A stretch of 64,000 nt of DNA from Candidatus Campbellbacteria bacterium (GCA_016699465.1 CP064977.1:478503-542502), one strand, 5' to 3'. Counted from the stretch's first letter, positions 46,640 through 56,021 are shown. Made by a program: numbers and translations. The notes: generated from the sequence alone by a model not told the origin.

Positions 46640-47629
46640 GTGTTTTCTATCTCTAACGGGATGAACGACTTCATTAAATTTATTTTCTTCATCGTCGCGG
46701 CAATCTTTTTTGTTTCCTATGTTCAAGACAGTGGCCCTCTCCTTGGAAACCCTGGATCATTTAGTCTTCTCGGCGGCACAAATCAAGGTCCTGCAGCATA
46801 CACACGATCATACGATAGCAATAATGACGGCACTATTAGCGACGCCGAATACAAACAAGGTGAACTCGATCGCATTGCGCAAGAACTCTTAAGTATTTCA
46901 CAAGCCACACAAAAAGCACTCGACGAAAAAAATCGTTCACCTTATTACGGCATGGTGAATCTTGAGTACGGCAACACCTATACCGACAGTTCGCGCGAAG
47001 AATACGTCGTTGTCGCAGCATCGAGCAACAACCCAGCGCCTATTGTTATTTCTGGATGGAAACTTGAAAGTATCATTTCAGGAACACGTGTTTCAATTCC
47101 ACAAGGTGTTGCCCTTCTTGAGGGTGCCTATCCACAGCGACACGAACAAAATGTATTTCTTGCGCCAGGAGAGCGCGCCATCATCAACTCACGATACGCC
47201 GTTGGTATCAACACAGGATTTTTGGAAAATAAATGCACGGGCTACATTGATCCGAGATACACCATTTCACCACCACTTACCCGCTCATGCCCCTCTCTTA
47301 AAAACGAGAATCTTTCCACTTTTGGTATTACGCCGAGTGCCTTTCACAATACCGATGCGTACGACACATGTATGGACGGAATAGAAAGCGCTCGCTCATG
47401 TGAACGTGGATCATACGCAAGTACAACACCAAGTATCTGTAAAGCATTCATAAAAAAATATTCCACATACGACGGATGTCTCGAACTCCATAAAACAGAT
47501 AGTGATTTTTTTGGAGACACGTGGCGTTTGTTCTTAGGATCAAATAAAGACGTGTGGAGAAATGAGCGCGAAGCAATTGCCCTCATCGATGACTCCGGAA
47601 AAGTGGTAGACATACTCAAACTCTACTAA
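46640..47629 (+). CDS. Secreted lamin-tail-domain (LTD) protein
   Basis: N-terminal TM/signal segment. The EYVVVAASSNNPAPIVISGWKLES...SGTRVSIPQGVALLEG region is LTD-like. The probable start is at MNDFIKF (46661). Confidence 0.55.
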   Translation: MFSISNGMNDFIKFIFFIVAAIFFVSYVQDSGPLLGNPGSFSLLGGTNQGPAAYTRSYDSNNDGTISDAEYKQGELDRIAQELLSISQATQKALDEKNRSPYYGMVNLEYGNTYTDSSREEYVVVAASSNNPAPIVISGWKLESIISGTRVSIPQGVALLEGAYPQRHEQNVFLAPGERAIINSRYAVGINTGFLENKCTGYIDPRYTISPPLTRSCPSLKNENLSTFGITPSAFHNTDAYDTCMDGIESARSCERGSYASTTPSICKAFIKKYSTYDGCLELHKTDSDFFGDTWRLFLGSNKDVWRNEREAIALIDDSGKVVDILKLY

Positions 47630-47713
47630 TCTTCCCCCAAAAGCTATCTACTGACAAAACTATATTTGCGTGGTATCGTGCCACCAGACACACCCAAACA
47701 ACAGGAGGGGCTC

Positions 47714-48112
47714 ATGCCCACCACGTCTGAAAAGTGCTTTGATGGACAGTTTATCGGAGAAATCCGCAGTGGAAGTTCGCTACTGATAACTGTCAATAGG
47801 AACCCGGCCTTTTACGGTGTGATCAAGAGTGTCACTCCGGGGACGCGGGTCACAGGACTACCCTCTCATGCGACCTTTGAATTTTTCTGGGGAGCACGCA
47901 TGGGAAACGGAACCAACTCTGAATCATGGCGATCGGTTGGTAAGATCGTTCGCCAAAAAGCGATCCGCTTTGAACTCCCGATGAAGCACGGGAGGAGTCA
48001 TCTCGGGGCATACGTTATAATCGAGGACGGAAACACTACATATACAGTGTTCCTTGGCTACAGCCACCTCAACCCACGAGACGTGCTTGGGCTCCCCGAA
48101 TGGTTCATGTAG
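47714..48112 (+). CDS. Hypothetical protein, GC-rich micro-gene
   Basis: 133 aa. ACAGGAGGGGCTC precedes the ATG. A terminator follows at 48128-48158. Confidence 0.45.
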   Translation: MPTTSEKCFDGQFIGEIRSGSSLLITVNRNPAFYGVIKSVTPGTRVTGLPSHATFEFFWGARMGNGTNSESWRSVGKIVRQKAIRFELPMKHGRSHLGAYVIIEDGNTTYTVFLGYSHLNPRDVLGLPEWFM

Positions 48113-48159
48113 GACGCAGCATTGCACAAGAAGAGGGTCCGCCCTCTTCTTTTCTATTA

Positions 48160-48188
48160 TTGACAAGAGCGCCACTTTCAAGTATTAA
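48160..48188 (+). promoter_or_regulatory. Sigma70-type promoter TTGACA-17-TATTAA
   Basis: Near-consensus hexamers with 17 nt spacing, 40 nt upstream of the 48228 ORF. Confidence 0.45.
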
Positions 48189-48227
48189 TGACGTCGGACG
48201 TGCAACAAACCAACCAAAGGAGGCACC

Positions 48228-48506
48228 ATGAAAATCGAAGCGCTCAAGGGACTGCCACTGAAACTCAAACTGGTTTCCTACGAAGTTCTGACGGACATGC
48301 TTGAGGGAGAGGTCGCCACCCTCAAAGCAAATCTGGAAGAGGCCCACAGAGAGCTGGTTCGACTCAAAGAAGCCAGCAATAACTCTGAGTCAGCCCTCAA
48401 GATGCAACACGACACGGCACTGGAGCAAGCCCGAACGGCAGAGGCGCGACTCGAAGAATCGCGTCGGTCGTTTGACACACTCATCGGCAAGATGTTCTCA
48501 GAATGA
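48228..48506 (+). CDS. Hypothetical coiled-coil protein, GC-rich micro-gene
   Basis: 92 aa with a heptad-rich sequence. CAAAGGAGGCACC precedes the ATG. A terminator follows at 48513-48545. Confidence 0.5.
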   Translation: MKIEALKGLPLKLKLVSYEVLTDMLEGEVATLKANLEEAHRELVRLKEASNNSESALKMQHDTALEQARTAEARLEESRRSFDTLIGKMFSE

Positions 48507-48512
48507 CATCCC

Positions 48513-48545
48513 AGGCCGCCCCACAAAGGCGGCCTTTTCTTTATA
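48513..48545 (+). terminator. Intrinsic terminator
   Basis: AGGCCGCC-ccacaaa-GGCGGCCT followed by TTTCTTTAT. Confidence 0.6.
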
Positions 48546-48619
48546 AAAATTGACGATGGAAAAATAACGTTCTACATGATACGCTCGTTCCAGATGCACT
48601 ATCACCAAAAGGAGTTCGT

Positions 48620-48877
48620 ATGAAAATACCACGTGTCTCTTTGGAAAATGGTGACTTAGGGAGAATCATGACTGCCGAAGAAATCCTAGCGCTCCAGACA
48701 GATCTTCCCGCCCTCCACCTCAACGAAGGAGGTAACCGGCCACCGAGGGGAGAAGGCTACGCCGATCTACGCTTGAGGTTAAAGCCTCACAACCAACTCG
48801 TTCCTCCACCTGCCCTGACGCCGGAAGAGGAGGTTGCGCTGGAGAAGCAGATCGGCGAACTCTTCGGAGGCGAATAG
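48620..48877 (+). CDS. Hypothetical protein, GC-rich micro-gene
   Basis: 85 aa. CAAAAGGAGTTCGT precedes the ATG. The CGGCCCGC-acgcaac-GCGGGCCG terminator lies at 48902-48932. Confidence 0.5.
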   Translation: MKIPRVSLENGDLGRIMTAEEILALQTDLPALHLNEGGNRPPRGEGYADLRLRLKPHNQLVPPPALTPEEEVALEKQIGELFGGE

Positions 48878-48989
48878 AAAGATTCGTCCAACAAGCCACA
48901 AGCGGCCCGCACGCAACGCGGGCCGTATTCTTACCTGACAAAAAATAAGCACCGCACACGATACTCACGATCGTAAGTATCGTGGACAG

Positions 48990-49445
48990 TTACCGAAACA
49001 AAATAATTCCCACGGCTACCGATACATTGAGTGATTCCTTTTTTCCTTTCATTGGAATTTCAATCACTTCGTCACATTCTGCAAGAACGTCATGGGATAC
49101 TCCGCCAACCTCATTACCAAACACAAACGCAACAGGCCCTTGTACCGATATATCGGTACAAGGTTTTGAACGCGGGTCTTGCTCAACGGCAATAACCCGC
49201 ACACCGTCTTTTGTAAGTTTTTGTATGACGTCATTTGTTTCCTCGGCATATTCCCACGCTACACAATCTTGCGCACCAAGAGCAACTTTTGCTAGGTCTT
49301 TTCGATTGCGCCCGAAACGGTCAACGGGTGTTGGTGTCACGCCACACAGATACAACTTTGAAACACCCGCAGCGTCACACGTACGAAAAATAGATCCCAC
49401 ATTGTGCACGCTTCGGATGTTATCGAGAATGACGTACGTATTCAT
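48990..49445 (-). CDS. TrmH/SpoU-family tRNA/rRNA 2'-O-methyltransferase
   Basis: SpoU motifs NVGSIFRTCDAAG and VAFVFGNEVGGVS...IPMKG...SLNVSVAVGI. It contains the 20-26 bp perfect palindrome at 49135-49166 in frame (KPCTDISVQG). Confidence 0.8.
   Translation of the reverse strand: MNTYVILDNIRSVHNVGSIFRTCDAAGVSKLYLCGVTPTPVDRFGRNRKDLAKVALGAQDCVAWEYAEETNDVIQKLTKDGVRVIAVEQDPRSKPCTDISVQGPVAFVFGNEVGGVSHDVLAECDEVIEIPMKGKKESLNVSVAVGIILFR
49141..49160. promoter_or_regulatory. Third copy of the palindrome TGTACCGATATATCGGTACA, extended to 26 bp (CCTTGTACC...GGTACAAGG), inside the trmH CDS
   Basis: An exact match to the operator-like sites at 3639-3666 and 4081-4100. Confidence 0.45.
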
Positions 49446-49574
49446 GTAGCGTGTAGCATACAACACGAAACACAAAACATGTAGGATGTAGCAAAAAACA
49501 TGCGGCAATAAAACATATCCTACTATTGATACAGAAACCGTTCCCTAATTAATGACAGTGATCTACCGCATAGC

Positions 49575-49603
49575 TTGACTATTTATATTATATCTTATAT
49601 AAT
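49575..49603 (+). promoter_or_regulatory. Consensus sigma70 promoter TTGACT-17-TATAAT
   Basis: A perfect -10 and a 5 of 6 -35 with 17 nt spacing, 30 nt upstream of the 49633 ORF. Confidence 0.5.
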
Positions 49604-49632
49604 GTAAAATAGAAAACAACAAAGGGGGTCCT

Positions 49633-49863
49633 ATGGACCATAGAATTACCGCCGACGATGGACAGGGTGGCGTCACTCACGTCATCATGTCGCGAGAACT
49701 GCTTTCCAAGATGGTTGGAAACGCCATTCTTGAATCTGTTCTTGCGTCAATGCAGATCGAGGGTGAAGAATTTCCCCCAGGAGTTCACGTCGAACTCCAA
49801 GAACCCGTCATCCTGCCGGAAGCGCTACTGAACACCGACAAGTCAGCTCCGCGGAAGCGTTAG
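49633..49863 (+). CDS. Hypothetical protein, GC-rich micro-gene
   Basis: 76 aa. ACAAAGGGGGTCCT precedes the ATG. A hairpin terminator with a T tract lies at about 49880-49915. Confidence 0.5.
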   Translation: MDHRITADDGQGGVTHVIMSRELLSKMVGNAILESVLASMQIEGEEFPPGVHVELQEPVILPEALLNTDKSAPRKR

Positions 49864-50005
49864 CAACACCGCGGTTCACGTATTATCCACCCCGTCACTC
49901 GAAAGTGTGATGGGGTGTTATCTTTTTACCCAAACAGTAAAAAACGTTTGTCTGAAAACGCATTTTGTTGTACAGTGTCTCTGTTTCCACTAGTAATAGA
50001 TATAT

Positions 50006-50082
50006 CCGCCCGTAGCTCAGCCTGGTAGAGCACCTCCCTTTTAAGGAGTGGGTCGTTGGTCCGAATCCAACCGGGCGGACCA
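50006..50082 (+). tRNA. tRNA-Lys (TTT), CCA encoded
   Basis: Cloverleaf built by hand. Anticodon loop CTTTTAA. Followed by the bidirectional terminator AAAAACAGCAC-acag-GTGCTGTTTTT. Confidence 0.85.
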
Positions 50083-50111
50083 TTCGTAAAAACAGCACAC
50101 AGGTGCTGTTT

Positions 50112-50816
50112 TTACAAAGCTAAAATCCATTTCTCCAGAGCAATTTCAAGTGGGGGGCCGTCACGTCGTGCCTCGTGGTAGAGTGTCACAAGTTCGTGTG
50201 TAAGCTTATGCAATTCTTCGTGAGAAAAACGAGTAAGCGCACTTCGTGCCTTGGTAATTGAAAATGATTTCATTCCTTCAGTGTCCCCCATTTCCACAAG
50301 AGCAAGTGTTTTGAATTGCCACCATATAATTCCGTGAATTTCTTCAGAGGCCTTGCCTTCACGAAATGCCTGCTGTAATAGCACCCACGCATTTTTTTTA
50401 TCACGACGCGCACATGCATCTGCTATAGCAAATGCATTAAACTTTTTTTCTTCTTCTTTTGGCACATCAAATACCTGTACTTTTGTTGCGTGCTCCTCAA
50501 GTGCTTTGCGAAGTGGTGTAGAAAGTTTTTCCTCGAGAATAACAAATATGTGCTCAGATTCTGCGAGTGCTTGCGCTAGTTTTACAACAGCGTCGCTAAA
50601 CGCCTCGATGCCGAGAGCAAACTCTACAATGACAATATATTTTTCTTCAAAAAGCCCTTTACTTTCTACAAGCTCCCGGAGGCGATCTGGTGTTGCTCCT
50701 TCATCCACAAGCCGAAACACCTGCGCGTGTGGGCGCTTAAGAGCAAGAGCGCTGAGAATCTCATGCGACCTCTCTCTCACTTTTTTTCTATCTGTTCCGT
50801 GAAGGACGTATAACAT
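50112..50816 (-). CDS. holA: DNA polymerase III delta subunit-like (HolA-like, short form)
   Basis: MLYVLHGTD N-terminus and the clamp-loader delta architecture. This is a weak, length-atypical call. Confidence 0.45.
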   Translation of the reverse strand: MLYVLHGTDRKKVRERSHEILSALALKRPHAQVFRLVDEGATPDRLRELVESKGLFEEKYIVIVEFALGIEAFSDAVVKLAQALAESEHIFVILEEKLSTPLRKALEEHATKVQVFDVPKEEEKKFNAFAIADACARRDKKNAWVLLQQAFREGKASEEIHGIIWWQFKTLALVEMGDTEGMKSFSITKARSALTRFSHEELHKLTHELVTLYHEARRDGPPLEIALEKWILAL

Positions 50817-50887
50817 AAATAATAGGTGTTGGAAGTTAGGAGTGAGAAGTTGGTGATTGGTTTGGAACGTTGGTTATTTTTTGAGCT

Positions 50888-53293
50888 TTATACTTTGAGC
50901 TTTGTGCTTACTCTCTTCATCTCACTCCAACGTTTTCCTGACGATGCTTCTGTGAGAACAGGAACGCCTCCTGCCTTCTCTGGTGAAAGTGCCGTCTCCA
51001 TAATCTCTTTCATCACAGGAACAATTGTTGAGACACTGTCTTCACGTACTTCAAAAATAAGTTCATCATGAATTTGCAACACTAACCGCACATCTGGTGA
51101 GAGATTATTTTTTGTAATGTACTCGTCTGCGCGAATCATCGCAACTTTAATAATATCTGCGGACGTTCCCTGAATTGGTGCGTTCACCGCCTGACGCTCT
51201 GCTTCGGCCTGCATAAATGGCAACGGTGAACGAATGGCGGAGAGTTGCCGTCGGCGCCCAAAAAGTGTTTCTGTATAACCTTTTTTACGCACCTCGCCCT
51301 TTGCTCGAGAAATGTATTCCCGCAACCCAACAAATGTTTTTTCATATTCCGCGAGATATTTTTGTGCGTCACTGCGCGACATCTTTGCTGTGGCGGCGAG
51401 TGCGTTTGCACCCATGCCATAAATAATACCGAAGTTAATCACCTTTGCTGTCCGTCGCATATCCACGGTGACATCTTCTGGGGCAACACCAAAAATTTCT
51501 GCCGCAACCGTTGTGTGAATGTCTCCACCTTCGTGAAACGTCTTCACCAATTTTTCATCGCGCGACATGATTGCGGCAATGCGCAATTCAATCTGCGAGT
51601 AATCAAATGCCACGAGTGCATATCCTTTTTCAGCGACAAATGCTCCACGCACTGCGCGACCGAGTTCTGTTCGTATTGGAATATTTTGTAAATTTGGATT
51701 TTGCGAAGAGAGTCGTCCTGTTGTTGTTCCCATCTGCATGAACGTTGTATGTAAGCGCCCATCTTCACCAATTAGAGACGGGAACGCATCAATGTATGTT
51801 GAAAGTAGTTTTTGCAATTCTCGATACTCTAAAATTTCGTTGATAATCGGATGTGCATCAACAAGCTTCTGTAACTCCGACTCTCGCGTAGAGCGTTGTC
51901 CTGTTGATGTTTTTTTGCCACCCTTCAATCCCATTTTTTCAAACAAGACATCCCCGAGTTGTCGAGGTGAGTTTATGTTAAATTCACCCCCCGCATGCTG
52001 GTAAATTCTACGAGCAAGCGCGTCCAATTCACTGTGATAATCTCGCGACAACTCCTTGAGATACTCAACGTCGAGACGAATACCCACATCGGTCATTTTT
52101 GTGAGTACGGGCGTCAGCGGTTTTTCAATTGTTTCCAAAAGGGGTGTGAGTCCCTCCTTGTGAAGATCTGCGACAATTTTTGTGTGTGCAACCTTAAGTG
52201 ATTCTGTTTTTGCATACGCGAGAATATCTTCTTCAGAGGGCGATGTCATATCTGAATTGAGCAACCACAACCCGAGGCGTGCTTCTTCAAGATCGCGTGC
52301 TGAAATTATTTCTTTTACTGGCTCTGGTGCATCTTCAAAAAGTTTTTCACTACGACCAAAATGCTCCTTGAGACGCGCTGTGAGCGACCGAAACCCGAGT
52401 TCGGTAAAAAGTGTCGTAACCACAGATGTGTCCACACTCTCGCTCCATGTTTTTTCTGGCAACACAAACGAAATCGGCACATCACGACGAATCGTTGCAA
52501 GCATTTTTGAAAATTCAGCATCTTCTTTCCCTTCTTGTAGGAGTTTTACTGTGCGTGCAGTAACTCCAGATGCAATAACTTTTTGCTCATCTTTTTTGAG
52601 TGCGGTGTATATATCCTTAAGCGAACCGAATGTGGTGACAAGTGTTGTTGCTGTTTTTTCACCAATACCTGCAATGCCTGGAATATTATCGGATGGATCC
52701 CCGCGAAGACCTTTGTAATCTGGGAGCAATTTTGGACCAAATCCAAAACGAGCCTGCACATCTTTTTCTCCGTATAAAATAGTGTCATGCATTCCTTTGC
52801 GAAGCGTAAACACACGAACCCGATTTCCATCCACGAGCTGAAGCGTATCCATATCACCCGAGGTGATAACAATTTCAATATCATCCCGTTTTTTCATTTG
52901 CTCAACAATCGTGCCCAACACATCGTCCGCCTCAAATCCTTCACACTCATACAGTGGTATTGAAAGTGCCTTGAGCACATCACGGCTACGTTCAATTTGT
53001 CGTACCAAATCATCTTCAATTTTTGCGCGCGTTCCTTTGTATCCAACAAACGCTTCGTGCCGATACGTTGGTTTTGGTAAATCGTACGCAGCAACAATGT
53101 AATCCGGCTTGAGTTCTGCCACCATTTTTAACAACATTGCCGAGAGACCATAGAGCGCACCTGTTGGCTCTCCTGTAGGAGATGCAAAATCAGGAAGTGC
53201 GTGATATGCACGGTGAATAATGGCATGCGTATCAAGAAGCACAAGACGTTTTGTTTCTTTTTTTACAGTTTTTTTTGTTGGAACTTTTGCCAT
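50888..53293 (-). CDS. polA: DNA polymerase I
   Basis: N-terminal 5'-3' exonuclease (LLDTHAIIHRAYHA) and C-terminal family A polymerase motifs (DYSQIELR, QIHDELIFE). 801 aa. Confidence 0.9.
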   Translation of the reverse strand: MAKVPTKKTVKKETKRLVLLDTHAIIHRAYHALPDFASPTGEPTGALYGLSAMLLKMVAELKPDYIVAAYDLPKPTYRHEAFVGYKGTRAKIEDDLVRQIERSRDVLKALSIPLYECEGFEADDVLGTIVEQMKKRDDIEIVITSGDMDTLQLVDGNRVRVFTLRKGMHDTILYGEKDVQARFGFGPKLLPDYKGLRGDPSDNIPGIAGIGEKTATTLVTTFGSLKDIYTALKKDEQKVIASGVTARTVKLLQEGKEDAEFSKMLATIRRDVPISFVLPEKTWSESVDTSVVTTLFTELGFRSLTARLKEHFGRSEKLFEDAPEPVKEIISARDLEEARLGLWLLNSDMTSPSEEDILAYAKTESLKVAHTKIVADLHKEGLTPLLETIEKPLTPVLTKMTDVGIRLDVEYLKELSRDYHSELDALARRIYQHAGGEFNINSPRQLGDVLFEKMGLKGGKKTSTGQRSTRESELQKLVDAHPIINEILEYRELQKLLSTYIDAFPSLIGEDGRLHTTFMQMGTTTGRLSSQNPNLQNIPIRTELGRAVRGAFVAEKGYALVAFDYSQIELRIAAIMSRDEKLVKTFHEGGDIHTTVAAEIFGVAPEDVTVDMRRTAKVINFGIIYGMGANALAATAKMSRSDAQKYLAEYEKTFVGLREYISRAKGEVRKKGYTETLFGRRRQLSAIRSPLPFMQAEAERQAVNAPIQGTSADIIKVAMIRADEYITKNNLSPDVRLVLQIHDELIFEVREDSVSTIVPVMKEIMETALSPEKAGGVPVLTEASSGKRWSEMKRVSTKLKV

Positions 53294-53295
53294 AC

Positions 53296-53748
53296 TTACA
53301 GTGTAAACGCGCGCGTTGTTTCATCTACAAACTCGCACACAACAACGCGCGCTCCCTCAGGAATACTTTCTGCAACTCGTTCAGGCCACTCGACCATCAC
53401 TAATGTTTTTCCTTCACGAAGGAGCTCCTGCCACCCCAACACTTCAAGCTCATGTGCGCTTTCCATTCTATACGCATCAATGTGAACGAGCGATTTGAAA
53501 TTTGATATTTGATATTGGTCATTGGAATTAAGTCCATATCGTTTTTCAATGACAAACGTTGGACTCGTTACGTGTTCAGTTACACCAAGCACCCGCGCGA
53601 CCTCTTTTACAAATGCCGTCTTCCCTGCGCCAAGATCACCCTTCAAAACAACGAGTGTCGCACCACCGTCCAGACATTCGAGCGTCTCTACAAAAGCCCG
53701 CGCAAGCGTACTCACCTCTTCAAGTGACCGACATTCTACCCTTTTCAT
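53296..53748 (-). CDS. tsaE: tRNA threonylcarbamoyladenosine biosynthesis ATPase TsaE
   Basis: VLKGDLGAGKTAFVKEVAR...SPTF motif. Start at MKRVECRSL. The upstream part of the track ORF is read-through. Confidence 0.75.
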   Translation of the reverse strand: MKRVECRSLEEVSTLARAFVETLECLDGGATLVVLKGDLGAGKTAFVKEVARVLGVTEHVTSPTFVIEKRYGLNSNDQYQISNFKSLVHIDAYRMESAHELEVLGWQELLREGKTLVMVEWPERVAESIPEGARVVVCEFVDETTRAFTL

Positions 53749-53773
53749 ATGGACATTGTAGCACCTCATTGGT

Positions 53774-54118
53774 GTGTCGTTTATTGATGAAATGGTGGCA
53801 TGTGGTATGCTCACACGTAGACAAGAACTAATCTGGAGGAACCTACTTGTGGAACGGATACCCGGCGACAAAGACCCCATCCACGTCGCGTTTGGACTAC
53901 GCACCCTTGGGTGGAACCGCGAGATTCTCATCTGCATGTCCCAGAAAGAGCCTGTGTTCGAGAAACTCATGCTCCTCAAAGAGGTTGCCGTAGCCGGTCG
54001 ATGGAAGTCCGCTATCGCCAAGATGCGCAGTGCAGCACTTCGAGGCAAGCGGCCTCCGTCGCACACACACGTTGCCCTCGAGATTTTTTCGAGGATTTCT
54101 CACAAGGTCGCCCCGTAG
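53774..54118 (+). CDS. Hypothetical protein, GC-rich
   Basis: About 100-114 aa. No RBS. The GGTCGCC-ccgta-GGCGACC terminator with a T tract lies at 54106-54137. Confidence 0.35.
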   Translation: MSFIDEMVACGMLTRRQELIWRNLLVERIPGDKDPIHVAFGLRTLGWNREILICMSQKEPVFEKLMLLKEVAVAGRWKSAIAKMRSAALRGKRPPSHTHVALEIFSRISHKVAP

Positions 54119-54203
54119 GCGACCTTCTTCTTTTTTCTTCACTTTATTTGCTACACCCAGCACGTAGCTTTCAAAAAAGCTAAGTGCTGGGTACACTATA
54201 GGT

Positions 54204-55928
54204 ATGGTTATTTTTGACGAAGACAAACAAAATAAAAAATTTCAACAACTACGCGAACAAGAAGAAGAGGAGTTAATGCAGGTGCTTTCGCAAAAATATA
54301 CTCTTCCCTACGTTGACCTCTCGGCAACCCCCATTAACCCAGACGCACTCATTCTTGTTCCTGAAGCATTAGCTCGTGAGGGCATGCTTGCTGCTTTTGG
54401 AATAACTGGAAAAGTTGTCTCTGTTGCTGTACACGCACCAGAAAATACAGCCACAAAGTCCGCTCTTGCCGAGCTGGAAAATCGCGGATACAAAACAACT
54501 CTCTTTCTCACTTCAACAAAAAGTTTGGAATTTATTTGGGATAGATACAAAGACCTCTCCTACAGTGCCGGAAGCAAAAAAGGAATGCTTGATGTGGGTA
54601 GCGAAGACATGACTGAGCTCGTTTCCAAAGTTCGCCACCTTGAAGATATTAAAAAACTCTTTGAAGAGGCGCTTGGCATGCAAAAAACGCACCGCATTTC
54701 TCGTATCATTGAGGTGCTCCTTTCCAGTGCCCTTGCCACCAAAGCATCCGACATTCACATAGAACCCGAAGAAACCAGCGTGCGTATTCGTATGCGTCTG
54801 GACGGTGTGCTTGCTGACGTTGCAAATATTGACGCAGAAACATATCATCTCGTACTCTCTCGTTTCAAATTACTTTCTGCACTTAAACTCAACGTACAAA
54901 GTGAGGCGCAGGACGGACGATTCAGTATCAACTTCAAAGATGTCAGCATTGAAATTCGTACCTCTATTCTCCCAGGACAGTACGGCGAGTCTATTGTGAT
55001 GCGTATTCTCAACCCTGATTCTATTTCTGTGTCCATCGAAAAACTCGGCATGCGCGATGATTTGTTTGCGGTAGTAAATCAAGCGATTGCAAAACCAAAC
55101 GGACTCATTCTCACCACGGGTCCAACCGGTTCAGGAAAAACGACGACACTCTACGCGTTTCTCAAAAAAGTGCACACGCCCGACATTAAAATCATCACCA
55201 TCGAAGATCCAATTGAGTACCACTTGAAAGGTGTCGTACAAACACAAGTGGACAGCAATCACGACTACACATTCCAAAGCGGATTGCGCGCCGCACTTCG
55301 ACAAGACCCTGACATCATCATGGTGGGTGAAATTCGAGACAATGAAACGGCCGAAATTGCGATTCACGCCGCACTCACTGGTCACCTTGTGTTCTCAACA
55401 CTCCACACCAACTCCGCAGCGGGTGCATTCACTCGACTCATCGACGTTGGTATTAATCCCCGCATCCTTGGCTCTGCGCTCTCACTCGCACTTGCACAAC
55501 GACTTGTACGAAAACTATGCGAAACCTGCAAACAAGAAGTACCACTTGAGGGCGATGAGAAAGAAAAAATCGAACGCGTACTTGGTACGGTTGTGGATAC
55601 AACAAAAATTGCAGGACTTCAGCGAGAACGGGTGTGGCACGCAAGCGAAAAAGGATGTGAAGCCTGCAATGGTCTTGGCTACAAGGGACGCATGGGGTTG
55701 TATGAAGGAATTGTGGTGAACTCAGCAATCGAAGAAATTGTTGAATCATCACCGAGCGAGCGCGAGATTAGAAAAGTTGCCGACGCACAGGGATTGCTCA
55801 CTATGACCCAAGACGCAGTGATCAAAGTACTCGAAGGAAAAACAACCACGGACGAAATTATGCGCGTGGTTGATTTGAGCGTTGAAACAACAACCCCAGA
55901 AACTCCAACACCACTTCCTGAAATCTAA
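54204..55928 (+). CDS. Second type IV pilus / type II secretion ATPase paralog (GspE/PilB family)
   Basis: Walker A GPTGSGKTTTLY and GspE Asp/His boxes. The C-terminal zinc-finger-like CETC...CEAC motif is present. Confidence 0.85.
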   Translation: MVIFDEDKQNKKFQQLREQEEEELMQVLSQKYTLPYVDLSATPINPDALILVPEALAREGMLAAFGITGKVVSVAVHAPENTATKSALAELENRGYKTTLFLTSTKSLEFIWDRYKDLSYSAGSKKGMLDVGSEDMTELVSKVRHLEDIKKLFEEALGMQKTHRISRIIEVLLSSALATKASDIHIEPEETSVRIRMRLDGVLADVANIDAETYHLVLSRFKLLSALKLNVQSEAQDGRFSINFKDVSIEIRTSILPGQYGESIVMRILNPDSISVSIEKLGMRDDLFAVVNQAIAKPNGLILTTGPTGSGKTTTLYAFLKKVHTPDIKIITIEDPIEYHLKGVVQTQVDSNHDYTFQSGLRAALRQDPDIIMVGEIRDNETAEIAIHAALTGHLVFSTLHTNSAAGAFTRLIDVGINPRILGSALSLALAQRLVRKLCETCKQEVPLEGDEKEKIERVLGTVVDTTKIAGLQRERVWHASEKGCEACNGLGYKGRMGLYEGIVVNSAIEEIVESSPSEREIRKVADAQGLLTMTQDAVIKVLEGKTTTDEIMRVVDLSVETTTPETPTPLPEI

Positions 55929-56021
55929 AATACGTAGACAAAACGCAAAAGAAGCGTTCTAACGTACTAGAAGTTAGTGGTTAGTAGTTAAAAATTGGAA
56001 GTTAAAAAAACAAAAACTTTA

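Noticed and set aside
49895-50098. 67 aa minus-strand ORF
   Set aside because: It overlaps tRNA-Lys and a terminator and is therefore spurious.
50353-50802. 149 aa plus-strand ORF
   Set aside because: It is antisense to the holA-like gene and has Ser/Ala-rich low complexity.
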